Assembly: GCA_964431135.1 (NCBI GenBank)
Contig: CAYSIN010000005.1
Coordinates: 245-64,244, forward strand
Direction: 5' to 3'
From: an uncultured Bacteroidales bacterium
Lineage (GTDB): Bacteria > Bacteroidota > Bacteroidia > Bacteroidales > GWA2-32-17
DNA length: 64,000 nucleotides
In this document: in pieces, positions 17,197 to 26,238 of the stretch
Position numbering within the stretch: the stretch's first letter is position 1
How the letters are laid out: every line of letters starts with the position of its first letter
Notes under the pieces: generated by a model
What the model was told of the DNA's origin: nothing
Seen by the model: the letters and a program-made list of their open reading frames with translations, nothing else
Database searches by the model: none
Position numbers and translations under genes: made by a program

Positions 17197-19761
17197 CTAT
17201 TTACAATATTGTGTAAGTGCTTCGTTTGCTTTTCTATATCCATAACTTAATGCTTTTTGATATGCGTCACACGCATCTGTTATGTTCTTATTTTCACGAT
17301 ACAGTTCAGCCAAAAAGTACCATGTATCGCCACTTTGCGGAAAAATAGAAATAGCCTTTTTATAATATTTTTCAGCCATTTTATAGTTCTTCTTTTGATG
17401 CCAAATCCAGCCAAGATTGATATATGAATTGACAAGTGAACTGTCCAGCAAAAGAGATTTTTCAAATTCTTTTATCGCCCTGTCATAATTTTTAAGTTCG
17501 GTATGATACCATGCCATATTTTGCCATACAAGTGCACTGTTGGGATGTAAAGAAATATTCATATTAAAATCGTCAAAGGCTTTAGTATAATCTTTCAGCG
17601 AAAACCATGCGTGTGCTCTGTTATTTAATGCCAGTTGATTATTCATATCCATGCTGAGTACTTGTGAAAAATCGTCAATGGCGTCTTTAAAATTTTGTAT
17701 GGAAGCCCATAACCAGCCTCTATTCATATATGCTTGAATTAATCTCGGATTTATGGATAATGCTTTGTTATAATCACTTAACGCTGCTGTTTTATCACCA
17801 AGCATAAATTCTGCATAACCACGATTGTTGTATGCATAAGCATTTGATGGATTGCTCGCTAGCGAACGATTAAAATATTGAATGGCATAACGAAACTTTC
17901 CTTGCAATACTAAAACCCAACCAAAATTGTTTAACGCCGAAGCATTATATTTATCCAGTTCTATAGATTTTTGAAAATCGGCATTTGCCAATGAGAGCAT
18001 ATTTTTATTTAGAAAAAATGTTCCTCTATTATTATAAGCCATAGATAATAGTGAATCGGTTTTTATAGATAGATTGTAATAATATAGTGCTAAACTGTCG
18101 TTTCCGATTTTACGGTATGATTCACCAAGGGATGTATAAACCACTGCGTTGTATATATTATGCTTATCGTATTTAAGAACATTTAAAAAATCCTGTATGG
18201 CTTCTTGATTGTTACCAAGCATGTCATACGCATAAGCACGATTAAAATATACCGTTGGTTCAAGCGAATCGAACTTTATAGATTGAGAATAACAATACAT
18301 GGCACTGTCTATTTTTTGTTGCTCAATATATACTGTAGCAAGGTTCAGATAAGCAAAGGGAACGGCAGGATTTTTATTAATGACATCCGTAAACAGTGTT
18401 TTTGTGTTTTTCCATACCATACAACGGATATAGGTAGCCGATGATAGTATAATCAATAGAACAAAAAAAGCAGGGGTGGCATATTTTTTTAGAAAAGGCT
18501 TAAAGTAGGCTGTTACTAATTCACCCAAAGCAACAAATAATCCAAAATATGCAAGATACGAATATCGGTCGGCTACGACTAAACGTCCTTCAATGGGAAT
18601 AATATGCAATACTATTGAAATATTAAATATAAAAAAGAACCATCCGAAAAAGAGTAAGGGTCGAACTTTTTTTCTTTTAACGATAAGCCATATTGAAATT
18701 ATCAGTACAGCCGCTAAAATAATAAGTGTTACATGGTAATTTATTGGTAAATTACCAGTTGTTTCATGCAAAGGATAAAGATGAACCGCATTAAGTGAAA
18801 AAGGGAATATACATTTGGAAAGATAAAACCAGAGAGCATATCCGGCAAGCAAAAACCTTTCGGGTATGGAAAAAGCATTTTGAGAAACATCTGCATCATG
18901 CCATAAATGAGTTCTAAATTTAATTATTTGATATAGCGTATAAACTAAAATTATAAGAGCAAGAGTTATAATAGTAATTATAATTGTTTTTTTACTGACT
19001 CTGTTTTTAACTTTTTTATTTCTGAAAAATATATATACAATGAATAGTGTTATAGTTAAAATAAGAAGATATTTTAAATTGAACGATAAAAATATGTATA
19101 AAAACATAATAATTTTTTCGGTTAACGTCCATAGCGAAAGTTTTCTGTTATAGATATAATCAAACAAAATCAATGAAAATGGGATAATCAATCCTTGTAT
19201 TTTTGATAACGAAGCAAGAAAAATAAACAGAAGCGTCAAAATAATATATCCGACTTTTTTTTGATGCAGGTATTTGATATAAATATGAAAACTGATGAAT
19301 GAAAAGAATGAAAACAACAAATCCTTAAATTCTGAAATCCATGCGACCGACTCTACACGCATGGGATGAAGAGCAAATAAGAGTGTTACTAATATTATTA
19401 CTATTGTGTTTTTAGAAAGTTTACGCATAAGCATATAGACCAGTATAATATTAAACAAGTGAAACAGAAGATTTATCCAGTGATAGGGTACGGGATTTTC
19501 ACCCCAAAAATTATATATTAATGAAAAAATTGTCAGCGTTAATGAAGTATAGCGTTCATGCTGAAGGTTATACTTTATGTTCTGTATATTAAGATTTTTG
19601 ACATGCTGATTTTGTGTTATTTGAGCATTATCATCCCAATGGATAAATTCATAATGTGTAACCTGAATGTACGATAGTAATGTCGCCAGTATAATTATAA
19701 GAAGACAAATTCTTTCTTTATTAAAAAAACTTACCGATGATTTTATATTTTTATTCTCCAC
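17197..19761 (-). CDS. TMTC-like GT-C membrane glycosyltransferase with C-terminal TPR array
   Basis: FIHWDDNAQI, FALHPMRVESVAWISE, VADRYSYLA, multiple TM helices, then about 10 TPR repeats (AYNNRG). Confidence 0.8.
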   Translation of the reverse strand: MENKNIKSSVSFFNKERICLLIIILATLLSYIQVTHYEFIHWDDNAQITQNQHVKNLNIQNIKYNLQHERYTSLTLTIFSLIYNFWGENPVPYHWINLLFHLFNIILVYMLMRKLSKNTIVIILVTLLFALHPMRVESVAWISEFKDLLFSFFSFISFHIYIKYLHQKKVGYIILTLLFIFLASLSKIQGLIIPFSLILFDYIYNRKLSLWTLTEKIIMFLYIFLSFNLKYLLILTITLFIVYIFFRNKKVKNRVSKKTIIITIITLALIILVYTLYQIIKFRTHLWHDADVSQNAFSIPERFLLAGYALWFYLSKCIFPFSLNAVHLYPLHETTGNLPINYHVTLIILAAVLIISIWLIVKRKKVRPLLFFGWFFFIFNISIVLHIIPIEGRLVVADRYSYLAYFGLFVALGELVTAYFKPFLKKYATPAFFVLLIILSSATYIRCMVWKNTKTLFTDVINKNPAVPFAYLNLATVYIEQQKIDSAMYCYSQSIKFDSLEPTVYFNRAYAYDMLGNNQEAIQDFLNVLKYDKHNIYNAVVYTSLGESYRKIGNDSLALYYYNLSIKTDSLLSMAYNNRGTFFLNKNMLSLANADFQKSIELDKYNASALNNFGWVLVLQGKFRYAIQYFNRSLASNPSNAYAYNNRGYAEFMLGDKTAALSDYNKALSINPRLIQAYMNRGWLWASIQNFKDAIDDFSQVLSMDMNNQLALNNRAHAWFSLKDYTKAFDDFNMNISLHPNSALVWQNMAWYHTELKNYDRAIKEFEKSLLLDSSLVNSYINLGWIWHQKKNYKMAEKYYKKAISIFPQSGDTWYFLAELYRENKNITDACDAYQKALSYGYRKANEALTQYCK

Positions 19762-19921
19762 TGTAAAATTTTATAGTGCAAATATATAGGGAAAATGTTA
19801 AAAAATGAAATGGAGTTCTGAAATTAGTTGTGTATATAATGAATTATGTTTGCTGATAATTCACCACTATCAATAACGGTACAAATGAAGATTAACTAAT
19901 GTAGAAGTGAATAAATCAGGT

Positions 19922-20025
19922 AATACCAAACCGCTAACAAAAGAATGAAAATGTGCATTCTCGTTGCAAACGAGGACAAGATAGCGAAGCGAATTGTTTT
20001 AATGAACTTGTTAACAATCGGTATA
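19922..20025 (+). mobile_element. MITE-like dispersed repeat, full copy B
   Basis: Imperfect terminal inverted repeats ATACCAAACCGCTAACAA ... TTGTTAACAATCGGTATA; internal hairpin TTCTCGTT-GCA-AACGAGGA. Confidence 0.75.
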
Positions 20026-20094
20026 AATATAAAATGGTTGAACAACATATACAATACGATGCAATTTTACTACTTTTGCCAAAAATTTTAGAAT

Positions 20095-21300
20095 ATGACA
20101 ATAGGTGTTTTAAAAGAAACCAAAACCCCCCCCGATAGAAGAGTATCTATTACTCCAAGCGTGGCAAGAGAAATAATGACTAATTTTCAGGATTGTTCAA
20201 TCATTGTAGAACCCAGTGATATTAGAGCGTTTAAAGACAGCGAGTACACGAGTTTGCACATTCCAGTTTCTTCCGATTTGACAAACTGCGATTTACTGAT
20301 GGGAATAAAAGAAGTTGCCTTATCGCATTTAATTCCCAACAAGGCGTATATGTTCTTTTCACATACGGGGAAAAAGCAATCTTACAATCGTTCGTTGTTG
20401 CAAAAGTGTGCCGAACTCAACATTACTCTTATAGATTATGAATACCTGACAGATGAACAGCATAATCGACTCATAGCATTTGGCAGATGGGCAGGTATTG
20501 TGGGTGCATACAATGGAATTATGACCTTCGGTCTTAAAAGTGATTTGTTCCATCTGAAAAGAGCCAGCCAGTGTTTCGATCTTAGCGAGATGTTTTCCGA
20601 ACTGGACCATATCAAACTTCCTGCCATAAAAATTCTACTCACAGGTGGTGGCAGAGTTGCCAGTGGTGCCATGGAAACATTAAACCATCTACATTTAAAA
20701 GAAGTCTCACCCGAAGAATATTTGTCAAAAACATTTAACGAAGCCGTATTTTGCAGGCTTGACCCATGGTATTATGTCAAACATAAACATAATAAAGAAT
20801 TCGTTTTGGAGCATTTTTTTCAACATCCTGATGAATACGAATCAACGTTTATGCCTTATGCATTAAAATCAGATATGTATATTACCTGTCACTTTTGGGA
20901 CCCAAAATCACCCGTATTTTTAAACGCAGAGGATTACCTGCTTCCCGATTTTCATATACAGGTAATAGCCGATGTAAGTTGTGATATTAAAAAACCTGTT
21001 GCTTCTACTATCAGACCATCAACCATTGCCGACCCCATATATGGTTATAATCCACTTACACAGGCAGAAGATGATTTTCATAAAAAAGGTGTCGTTGCTG
21101 TAATGGCTGTTGATAATTTACCTGCTGAACTGCCACGCAATTCGTCGGAAGATTTTTCACACATTTTTTATAATCGTATTTTACCTGAATGGTTGAATGG
21201 AGATAAAAATGGAATTATTGAACGTGCTACCATTTTGAAGAATGGCAAATTAACCCCAAATTTTGAATATTTAAGCAACTATTTGGCTGGCAAGGAATAA
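20095..21300 (+). CDS. Saccharopine dehydrogenase / lysine-ketoglutarate reductase (AlaDH/PNT superfamily)
   Basis: IGVLKETKTPPDRRVSITP, GIKEV, FFSHTGKKQSYN, IDYEYL, FGRWAG, DVSCD, AVDNLPAELP. Confidence 0.8.
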   Translation: MTIGVLKETKTPPDRRVSITPSVAREIMTNFQDCSIIVEPSDIRAFKDSEYTSLHIPVSSDLTNCDLLMGIKEVALSHLIPNKAYMFFSHTGKKQSYNRSLLQKCAELNITLIDYEYLTDEQHNRLIAFGRWAGIVGAYNGIMTFGLKSDLFHLKRASQCFDLSEMFSELDHIKLPAIKILLTGGGRVASGAMETLNHLHLKEVSPEEYLSKTFNEAVFCRLDPWYYVKHKHNKEFVLEHFFQHPDEYESTFMPYALKSDMYITCHFWDPKSPVFLNAEDYLLPDFHIQVIADVSCDIKKPVASTIRPSTIADPIYGYNPLTQAEDDFHKKGVVAVMAVDNLPAELPRNSSEDFSHIFYNRILPEWLNGDKNGIIERATILKNGKLTPNFEYLSNYLAGKE

Positions 21301-21954
21301 TTATTGTTTCATCGCTTTTAACTGAGTAATCATTTGAGCAGGATTGGCATCTGAAAAAATACTGTTGCCTGCTACCAATACATCGGCACCTGCTTTATAC
21401 AGCGATAAAGCATTTTCTATGGAAACACCCCCATCTACTTCTATAAGGAAAGAAGCATTTTTTTGCTGACGTAGTGAATAAAGTTCCTTTACCTTATCTA
21501 TGGAAAAAGGAATAAAATGTTGTGCTGCAAAACCAGGATTAACAGACATAATTAACACCATATCTACTTCCGAAACAATGTATTCCAATACTTTTACAGG
21601 CGTATGAGGATTAATAGAAACACCTGCTTTTTTTCCACATTGCTTTATTTGCTGTACCGTTCGATGAAGGTGAGTACATGCTTCATAATGTACGGTAATA
21701 ATATCGGAACCACTATCGGCAAAGGTTTGAATATACCGTTCCGGTTTAACAATCATTAAATGAACATCCAGTGGTTTAACAGCAATGGTTCGTATTTGCT
21801 TTATCACAGGAAAACCAATAGTGATATTGGGAACAAACAAACCATCCATAATGTCCAGATGTATGAAATCTGCTTCACTTTTGTTCAACATTGATATAGC
21901 ATCACCAAGATGCATAAAATCGGCAGATAAAATGGAAGGTGCAATCATTGCCAT
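21301..21954 (-). CDS. rpe: Ribulose-phosphate 3-epimerase (start moved to MAMIAPS)
   Basis: APSILSADF, HLDIMDG, DVHLM, MSVNPGF, EVDGGV, VAGNSIF. Confidence 0.95.
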   Translation of the reverse strand: MAMIAPSILSADFMHLGDAISMLNKSEADFIHLDIMDGLFVPNITIGFPVIKQIRTIAVKPLDVHLMIVKPERYIQTFADSGSDIITVHYEACTHLHRTVQQIKQCGKKAGVSINPHTPVKVLEYIVSEVDMVLIMSVNPGFAAQHFIPFSIDKVKELYSLRQQKNASFLIEVDGGVSIENALSLYKAGADVLVAGNSIFSDANPAQMITQLKAMKQ

Positions 21955-22181
21955 AATTTTTTTGACAAATATACATGACAATTTTCAATGTTTAAATATA
22001 AAAAATAACGTTTGTTTTACTTTTCATTTTATCATTACTGTTGATACGAAACAAAATGATACGTGATGAAATTCTAAATTTTATGTATTATACCTAAATC
22101 ATATATTAATATTGAATAAAAAAAATTTCAAAAAAAAATTTTTCTATAAAAATAAAATAAGTTATTTTTACCAAAAAAAAT

Positions 22182-23006
22182 TTGAGGTATATGTTTAAAA
22201 AATTATCTTACTTAATGGCAGTTGTTTTAGTAGGTTTTTTTACTTCATGCAACGATTCGGTTCCTCCTTCAAACAACCTGTTATCAGACAGTGTTAATGA
22301 AGAAAGTGAATTACAAAAAACAGCAGTTAAAGTTCCTTCACCTATCGAACTTTATGCTTTTATGTACAATGCTGATATTAAATTTTCCAAAGAAGATTTA
22401 AACCCTTTCGAAAATCAATCGCGATATAATACCAAAATTAAAAGAGCCATAAATTTAGGTGTATATGCTTCCGATTTGGCATACTGCACCGTTTATCAAA
22501 AAAATAAGGAAACGTTTAATTATTTTTCAGTAACCAAAAAAATTGCCGATGATTTGGGGCTTACACAAGGTTTTGATGAGAGTATTGTTAAACGTATAGA
22601 TAAAAATATGAACAACAGCGATTCGCTTTATCAAATCAGTAATGATTCCTATTCTACTGCTGTTCAGTTTTTAGAAAATCAGGGAAAAGAAGACATGCTT
22701 CCACTTATGATTACCGGTGCATGGATAGAAAGTGTTAATCTGGCTGTAAAATCGGTAAAAAAGTTTGACCCCAACAGTGAAATAGTTGTAAGAATAGCCG
22801 ACCAGGGATTATTGTTAGAAAATATTCTTGAACTATTTCAATATGTAAAAGAAAATCCAGATTATAAAAACATTTTAGACATGCTGCTCGATTTGCAACA
22901 ATCGTACGATAAATTGCTCGATAATGGTGATAAACCCATTACTCAAAAGCAGTTTGAGGAAATTACTAATAAAATTAAAGCCATCAGGGCTATATTTATT
23001 GCTTAA
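22182..23006 (+). CDS. Hypothetical helical lipoprotein
   Basis: Lipobox FFTSC; PSPIE, NLGVYASDLAY and GAWIES motifs; long clean ORF. Confidence 0.7.
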   Translation: MRYMFKKLSYLMAVVLVGFFTSCNDSVPPSNNLLSDSVNEESELQKTAVKVPSPIELYAFMYNADIKFSKEDLNPFENQSRYNTKIKRAINLGVYASDLAYCTVYQKNKETFNYFSVTKKIADDLGLTQGFDESIVKRIDKNMNNSDSLYQISNDSYSTAVQFLENQGKEDMLPLMITGAWIESVNLAVKSVKKFDPNSEIVVRIADQGLLLENILELFQYVKENPDYKNILDMLLDLQQSYDKLLDNGDKPITQKQFEEITNKIKAIRAIFIA

Positions 23007-23024
23007 AAATAGGAGGAACGTATC

Positions 23025-23651
23025 ATGAAAACATATCTTTTAATTTTGACCGTGATGACACAATTCATAGCAGTATCTTTATTTGGACAATGCGAACGTA
23101 AAAGATATTGCAACGATTTAATGGAAGATTATGACTATAGAAGCCAGTCTTCCTATGCCAAGTTAACACCCGGCGATACATCAAGTGTAAATATTGTTCT
23201 ATACAGTGGACAGGAATACCGTATATTTGTATGCAGCGACCCAGAACTGAAAGATGTAACATGGAAAGTGGTTCAACCCGAACGAAAAACAAAAAGAACC
23301 ATTCAAAAAATTAAAAAAGATACTATCTTTATTTATAAGACAGATGAATATGGCAATTTTGTAGCCGATAACAACGGTACACTGATTGTAAAAGAAAAAC
23401 ATCCAACTATTGATACGATTTGGAATACAGAACGCATTACTATGGATAGATTGCTCTTTGACATTAAACAATCTGATAAGCAACCCTATTATGAAATTAG
23501 GCCCGATAAAAGTGCACGTTATATTATACGAATTAATGTACCAGCAGGCGACCGTTCTTATAGCGGTTGCGTAAATGTTTATGTAGGCAGACGAAATTTA
23601 ACAAGTAAGGTGTTTATTAAAAGAAACAGTACGAGCGAAAGAGAACATTAA
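23025..23651 (+). CDS. Hypothetical exported protein
   Basis: Signal peptide ending LFGQ; AGGAGG upstream; beta-rich with Cys pairs. Confidence 0.7.
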   Translation: MKTYLLILTVMTQFIAVSLFGQCERKRYCNDLMEDYDYRSQSSYAKLTPGDTSSVNIVLYSGQEYRIFVCSDPELKDVTWKVVQPERKTKRTIQKIKKDTIFIYKTDEYGNFVADNNGTLIVKEKHPTIDTIWNTERITMDRLLFDIKQSDKQPYYEIRPDKSARYIIRINVPAGDRSYSGCVNVYVGRRNLTSKVFIKRNSTSEREH

Positions 23652-23686
23652 CTTTCCAAAAAGACAAATCAGATATTAATACGTCA

Positions 23687-23775
23687 GGAGAGATGCCAGA
23701 GTGGTCGAATGGGGCGGTCTCGAAAACCGTTGTCCGCCGATGGGTGGACCCAGGGTTCGAATCCCTGTCTCTCCG
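23687..23775 (+). tRNA. tRNA-Ser(CGA)
   Basis: Acceptor GGAGAGA/TCTCTCC, anticodon arm GCGGT-CTCGAAA-ACCGT, long variable arm, T-arm CAGGG-TTCGAAT-CCCTG; CCA not encoded. Confidence 0.95.
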
Positions 23776-23920
23776 CAAAACAAAATATGTCTGTGAAGCA
23801 GAATTTTTTATTTAAAACAATTTCAAGTTTACTTGACAATTGGATGAAAATAAAAAATTAGTTAGAGCAAAGTAATCAATATTTTGTTTTGACATACACC
23901 TTAACGGGTTCAATGAAATT

Positions 23921-23935
23921 AATCCCTGTCTCTCC
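23921..23935 (+). repeat. 15-bp direct repeat of the tRNA-Ser 3' end (att-like)
   Basis: AATCCCTGTCTCTCC is identical to 23760-23774. Confidence 0.75.
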
Positions 23936-24055
23936 CACAAAATTCAACAAAGCGAAGCATTTTTTTTGCGAATAGCAACTTGTCTGATAATAACGTGAAA
24001 CGTATAAGAAGTTAACATTTTGATTTTACGAACATGAGTTTTGGTATTTTTTACA

Positions 24056-24733
24056 TTACCCATTTTTGCTTATGAGTTCCAGCATTTCCTTATTTAAAAT
24101 ATGTATCTGATTTTTATTCAATTCAATAATTTTTTCATTATGAAATTCGGATAACACACGGCTCACACTTTCACGGGTAGCATCAATCAGATAGCCAAAT
24201 TCCTCGCGATGCAAAGGTAAAATAAAGGAATCGGAATGATAAATTTCATTGGCAAAATAAAGAATATTTTCAGCAATACTGCCTCGTACCTGTTTTTGAG
24301 TTCTGTTAAGGCATCGATGATAGGATATCAGTTCATTTTTACATAGTTCTGCTAACAGCATCTTGGTGAATTTTGTGTTGTTGTTGACGAAACGGATAAA
24401 TACTGACAAATCTATAAAGCATATCGTAGAAGGCTCTATGGCTGTTACAGAATAATGATTTATCCGTTCACCAAAGGTGCTTGACAAGGTAAGATAGGCT
24501 GGCGCTTTTTCTATTTTAATGATTTGTTCGAAGACAGGTCCTTTCATGTGAAGTTTAACCAATCCCTGTTTAAGAAATGCTACATTGGAAGTAAGCGAGC
24601 CTTCCCTTACAATAATTTCACCTGTTTTGAATGTCAGTTCAGCATGATTTTCGGATAACGATTTCAATTCATCCTTGCTAAACGTATGTTCTATTTCCGA
24701 TGTTAGCAAGCATGCGATACAAATTTCATCCAT
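24056..24733 (-). CDS. Crp/Fnr-family transcriptional regulator
   Basis: cNMP-like domain (FKTGEIIVREG, GLVK), HTH REEFGYLIDATRESVSRVLSEF, N-terminal CIAC. Confidence 0.9.
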   Translation of the reverse strand: MDEICIACLLTSEIEHTFSKDELKSLSENHAELTFKTGEIIVREGSLTSNVAFLKQGLVKLHMKGPVFEQIIKIEKAPAYLTLSSTFGERINHYSVTAIEPSTICFIDLSVFIRFVNNNTKFTKMLLAELCKNELISYHRCLNRTQKQVRGSIAENILYFANEIYHSDSFILPLHREEFGYLIDATRESVSRVLSEFHNEKIIELNKNQIHILNKEMLELISKNG

Positions 24734-24753
24734 ATTTTATAATTATATTTGCA

Positions 24754-24769
24754 TGTGATTAACATCACA
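24754..24769. promoter_or_regulatory. Perfect CRP-type palindrome
   Basis: TGTGA-TTAACA-TCACA between the divergent crp and dsrE genes; overlaps the minus-strand -7 element TACATTTG (24775-24768). Confidence 0.75.
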
Positions 24770-24823
24770 AATGTAGATATTTATTATCACATAGATATTG
24801 TCGGGTTGAATATTTTTCTGTCG

Positions 24824-24831
24824 TAATTTTG
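24824..24831 (+). promoter_or_regulatory. -7 promoter element of the dsrE-tusA-hdr operon
   Basis: TAATTTTG 30 bp upstream of the ATG; only a weak -33 (TTG) is present, as expected for an activator-dependent promoter. Confidence 0.5.
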
Positions 24832-24861
24832 CAACAGGTAATTCTTAAAATAAAATAAATC

Positions 24862-25428
24862 ATGGAATCAGAAAATGAAAACCAACTGCTTCAACTTCAA
24901 AAGCAAGTTGATGAACTGAAAAACAAAGTGAATAAACTGGAAAAGTCAAGAAAAGACCAATTGTCCATTGCCATTGTATCGGGCGATATGGACAGACTAT
25001 TGGCTACCATGATAATTTCATTGGCAGCCGCAGCCAGCGATACCAAAGTTAAACTTTTCTTTTCGTTTTGGGCATTATCGGCTCTTAGAGATCCGAAAAA
25101 GAAAGCACAGGGAAAAGACTTTATGTCTAAAATGTTTGGATTTATGTTGCCTAAAGGAAAAAATAAATTAAAGTTATCCAAATTGAACATGGCAGGTATG
25201 GGACCTGTTATGATTAAAGGTCTGATGAAGAAACAGCATGTACTTTCGTTGGACGAAATGTTTAAACAAGCTGCTGAATTGGGTATTGAAATTTCTGTTT
25301 GTGAAATGTCCATGAATCTCATGGGATTTAAAAAAGAAGAAATGATAGATTACCCGGGCTTGAAATTTGTAGGTGCAGCCACTTTTGTTGCCGATGCTGC
25401 CGAAAGTGGAATTCAATTATTTATATAA
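24862..25428 (+). CDS. DsrE2/DsrE-like sulfur-relay protein
   Basis: LSIAIVSGDMDR, FFSFWAL, NMAGMG, VCEMSMNLMG, GAATF. Confidence 0.88.
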   Translation: MESENENQLLQLQKQVDELKNKVNKLEKSRKDQLSIAIVSGDMDRLLATMIISLAAAASDTKVKLFFSFWALSALRDPKKKAQGKDFMSKMFGFMLPKGKNKLKLSKLNMAGMGPVMIKGLMKKQHVLSLDEMFKQAAELGIEISVCEMSMNLMGFKKEEMIDYPGLKFVGAATFVADAAESGIQLFI

Positions 25429-25446
25429 TCATTAATTTTTTATTTT

Positions 25447-25698
25447 ATGGAAACAGCAGAATTATTACAATTAAAAGTCAACCATGTAGTTGATGCTCGG
25501 GGGACATCTTGTCCTGGACCTCTTTTGGCTGCCAAAAAAGCCATCGGAGAAATAGAATCGGGTGAAATACTGGAAATACTTTCGTCTGACGAAGGTACTA
25601 AACACGACATTCCAAAATGGTGTGAAAAAATGGAACATACATTTCTTGGAATAATCGAAGAAAACAGTTATGCCCGCTTATTTTTGAAAAAAGCATAA
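25447..25698 (+). CDS. tusA: TusA-family sulfur carrier
   Basis: VDARGTSCPGPLL, SSDEGTKHDIPKWC. Confidence 0.9.
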   Translation: METAELLQLKVNHVVDARGTSCPGPLLAAKKAIGEIESGEILEILSSDEGTKHDIPKWCEKMEHTFLGIIEENSYARLFLKKA

Positions 25699-25703
25699 TT
25701 TTT

Positions 25704-25736
25704 ATAGAGCAGTTATTTTTAACTGCTCTATTTTTT
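25704..25736 (+). terminator. Intra-cluster terminator or stabilising hairpin after tusA
   Basis: ATAGAGCAGTTA-TTTT-TAACTGCTCTAT followed by a T-tract. Confidence 0.7.
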
Positions 25737-25788
25737 ATTTAAAAAACAATGCCATTGTCTTAAAGATGACAAATAGAATAAGATAAAT

Positions 25789-26214
25789 ATGGAAAATATA
25801 TCATTCAAACCAAAAATTCTTGTCTTTTCAACCGATAAGATATCTGACCCCGGCATAGACCAGGCAGGGCTGCGAAAAATACATTATTCGCCGTCGGTAT
25901 ATGTAATAAGTTTGCCTTGTTCATCAGGCATAAAGCCTCGCTGGATAATGCATGCTTTTGAAAAAGGATTTGACGGTGTTTTTATTGCTGCCGATGGTCA
26001 TGAATGCTCCTATAATACAAAATGTGCCGAACATACCAATAAAATTATTTCCGATTCGCAGGCGCTTATGCAAGAAAAAAAAATAAACCCAAAACGAATT
26101 CGTATGTCAGCCATATGTTCCGTGTGTGCAGAACCATTTGCAAACCACATCGAAACATTCAGCAAAATATTATTGGAACTGGGAAGTATTTCTGAAGAAA
26201 AATTAAAAGCATAA
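25789..26214 (+). CDS. mvhD: MvhD-like (hydrogenase delta) [2Fe-2S] subunit
   Basis: LPCSSGIKPRWI.HAF.KGFDGVFI, ECSY, RIRMSAICSVCAEPF. Confidence 0.8.
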   Translation: MENISFKPKILVFSTDKISDPGIDQAGLRKIHYSPSVYVISLPCSSGIKPRWIMHAFEKGFDGVFIAADGHECSYNTKCAEHTNKIISDSQALMQEKKINPKRIRMSAICSVCAEPFANHIETFSKILLELGSISEEKLKA

Positions 26215-26238
26215 CCAAATTTTTAAAAGATACATATA

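Noticed and set aside
16923-17243. 106-aa ORF with FSHFHI repeats
   Set aside because: It is the translation of the octamer minisatellite and a MITE half, and overlaps the end of the GT-C gene; not a credible protein.
11408-19761. Diversity-generating retroelement acting on the adhesin
   Set aside because: No reverse transcriptase, and I saw no TR/VR pair differing only at adenines.
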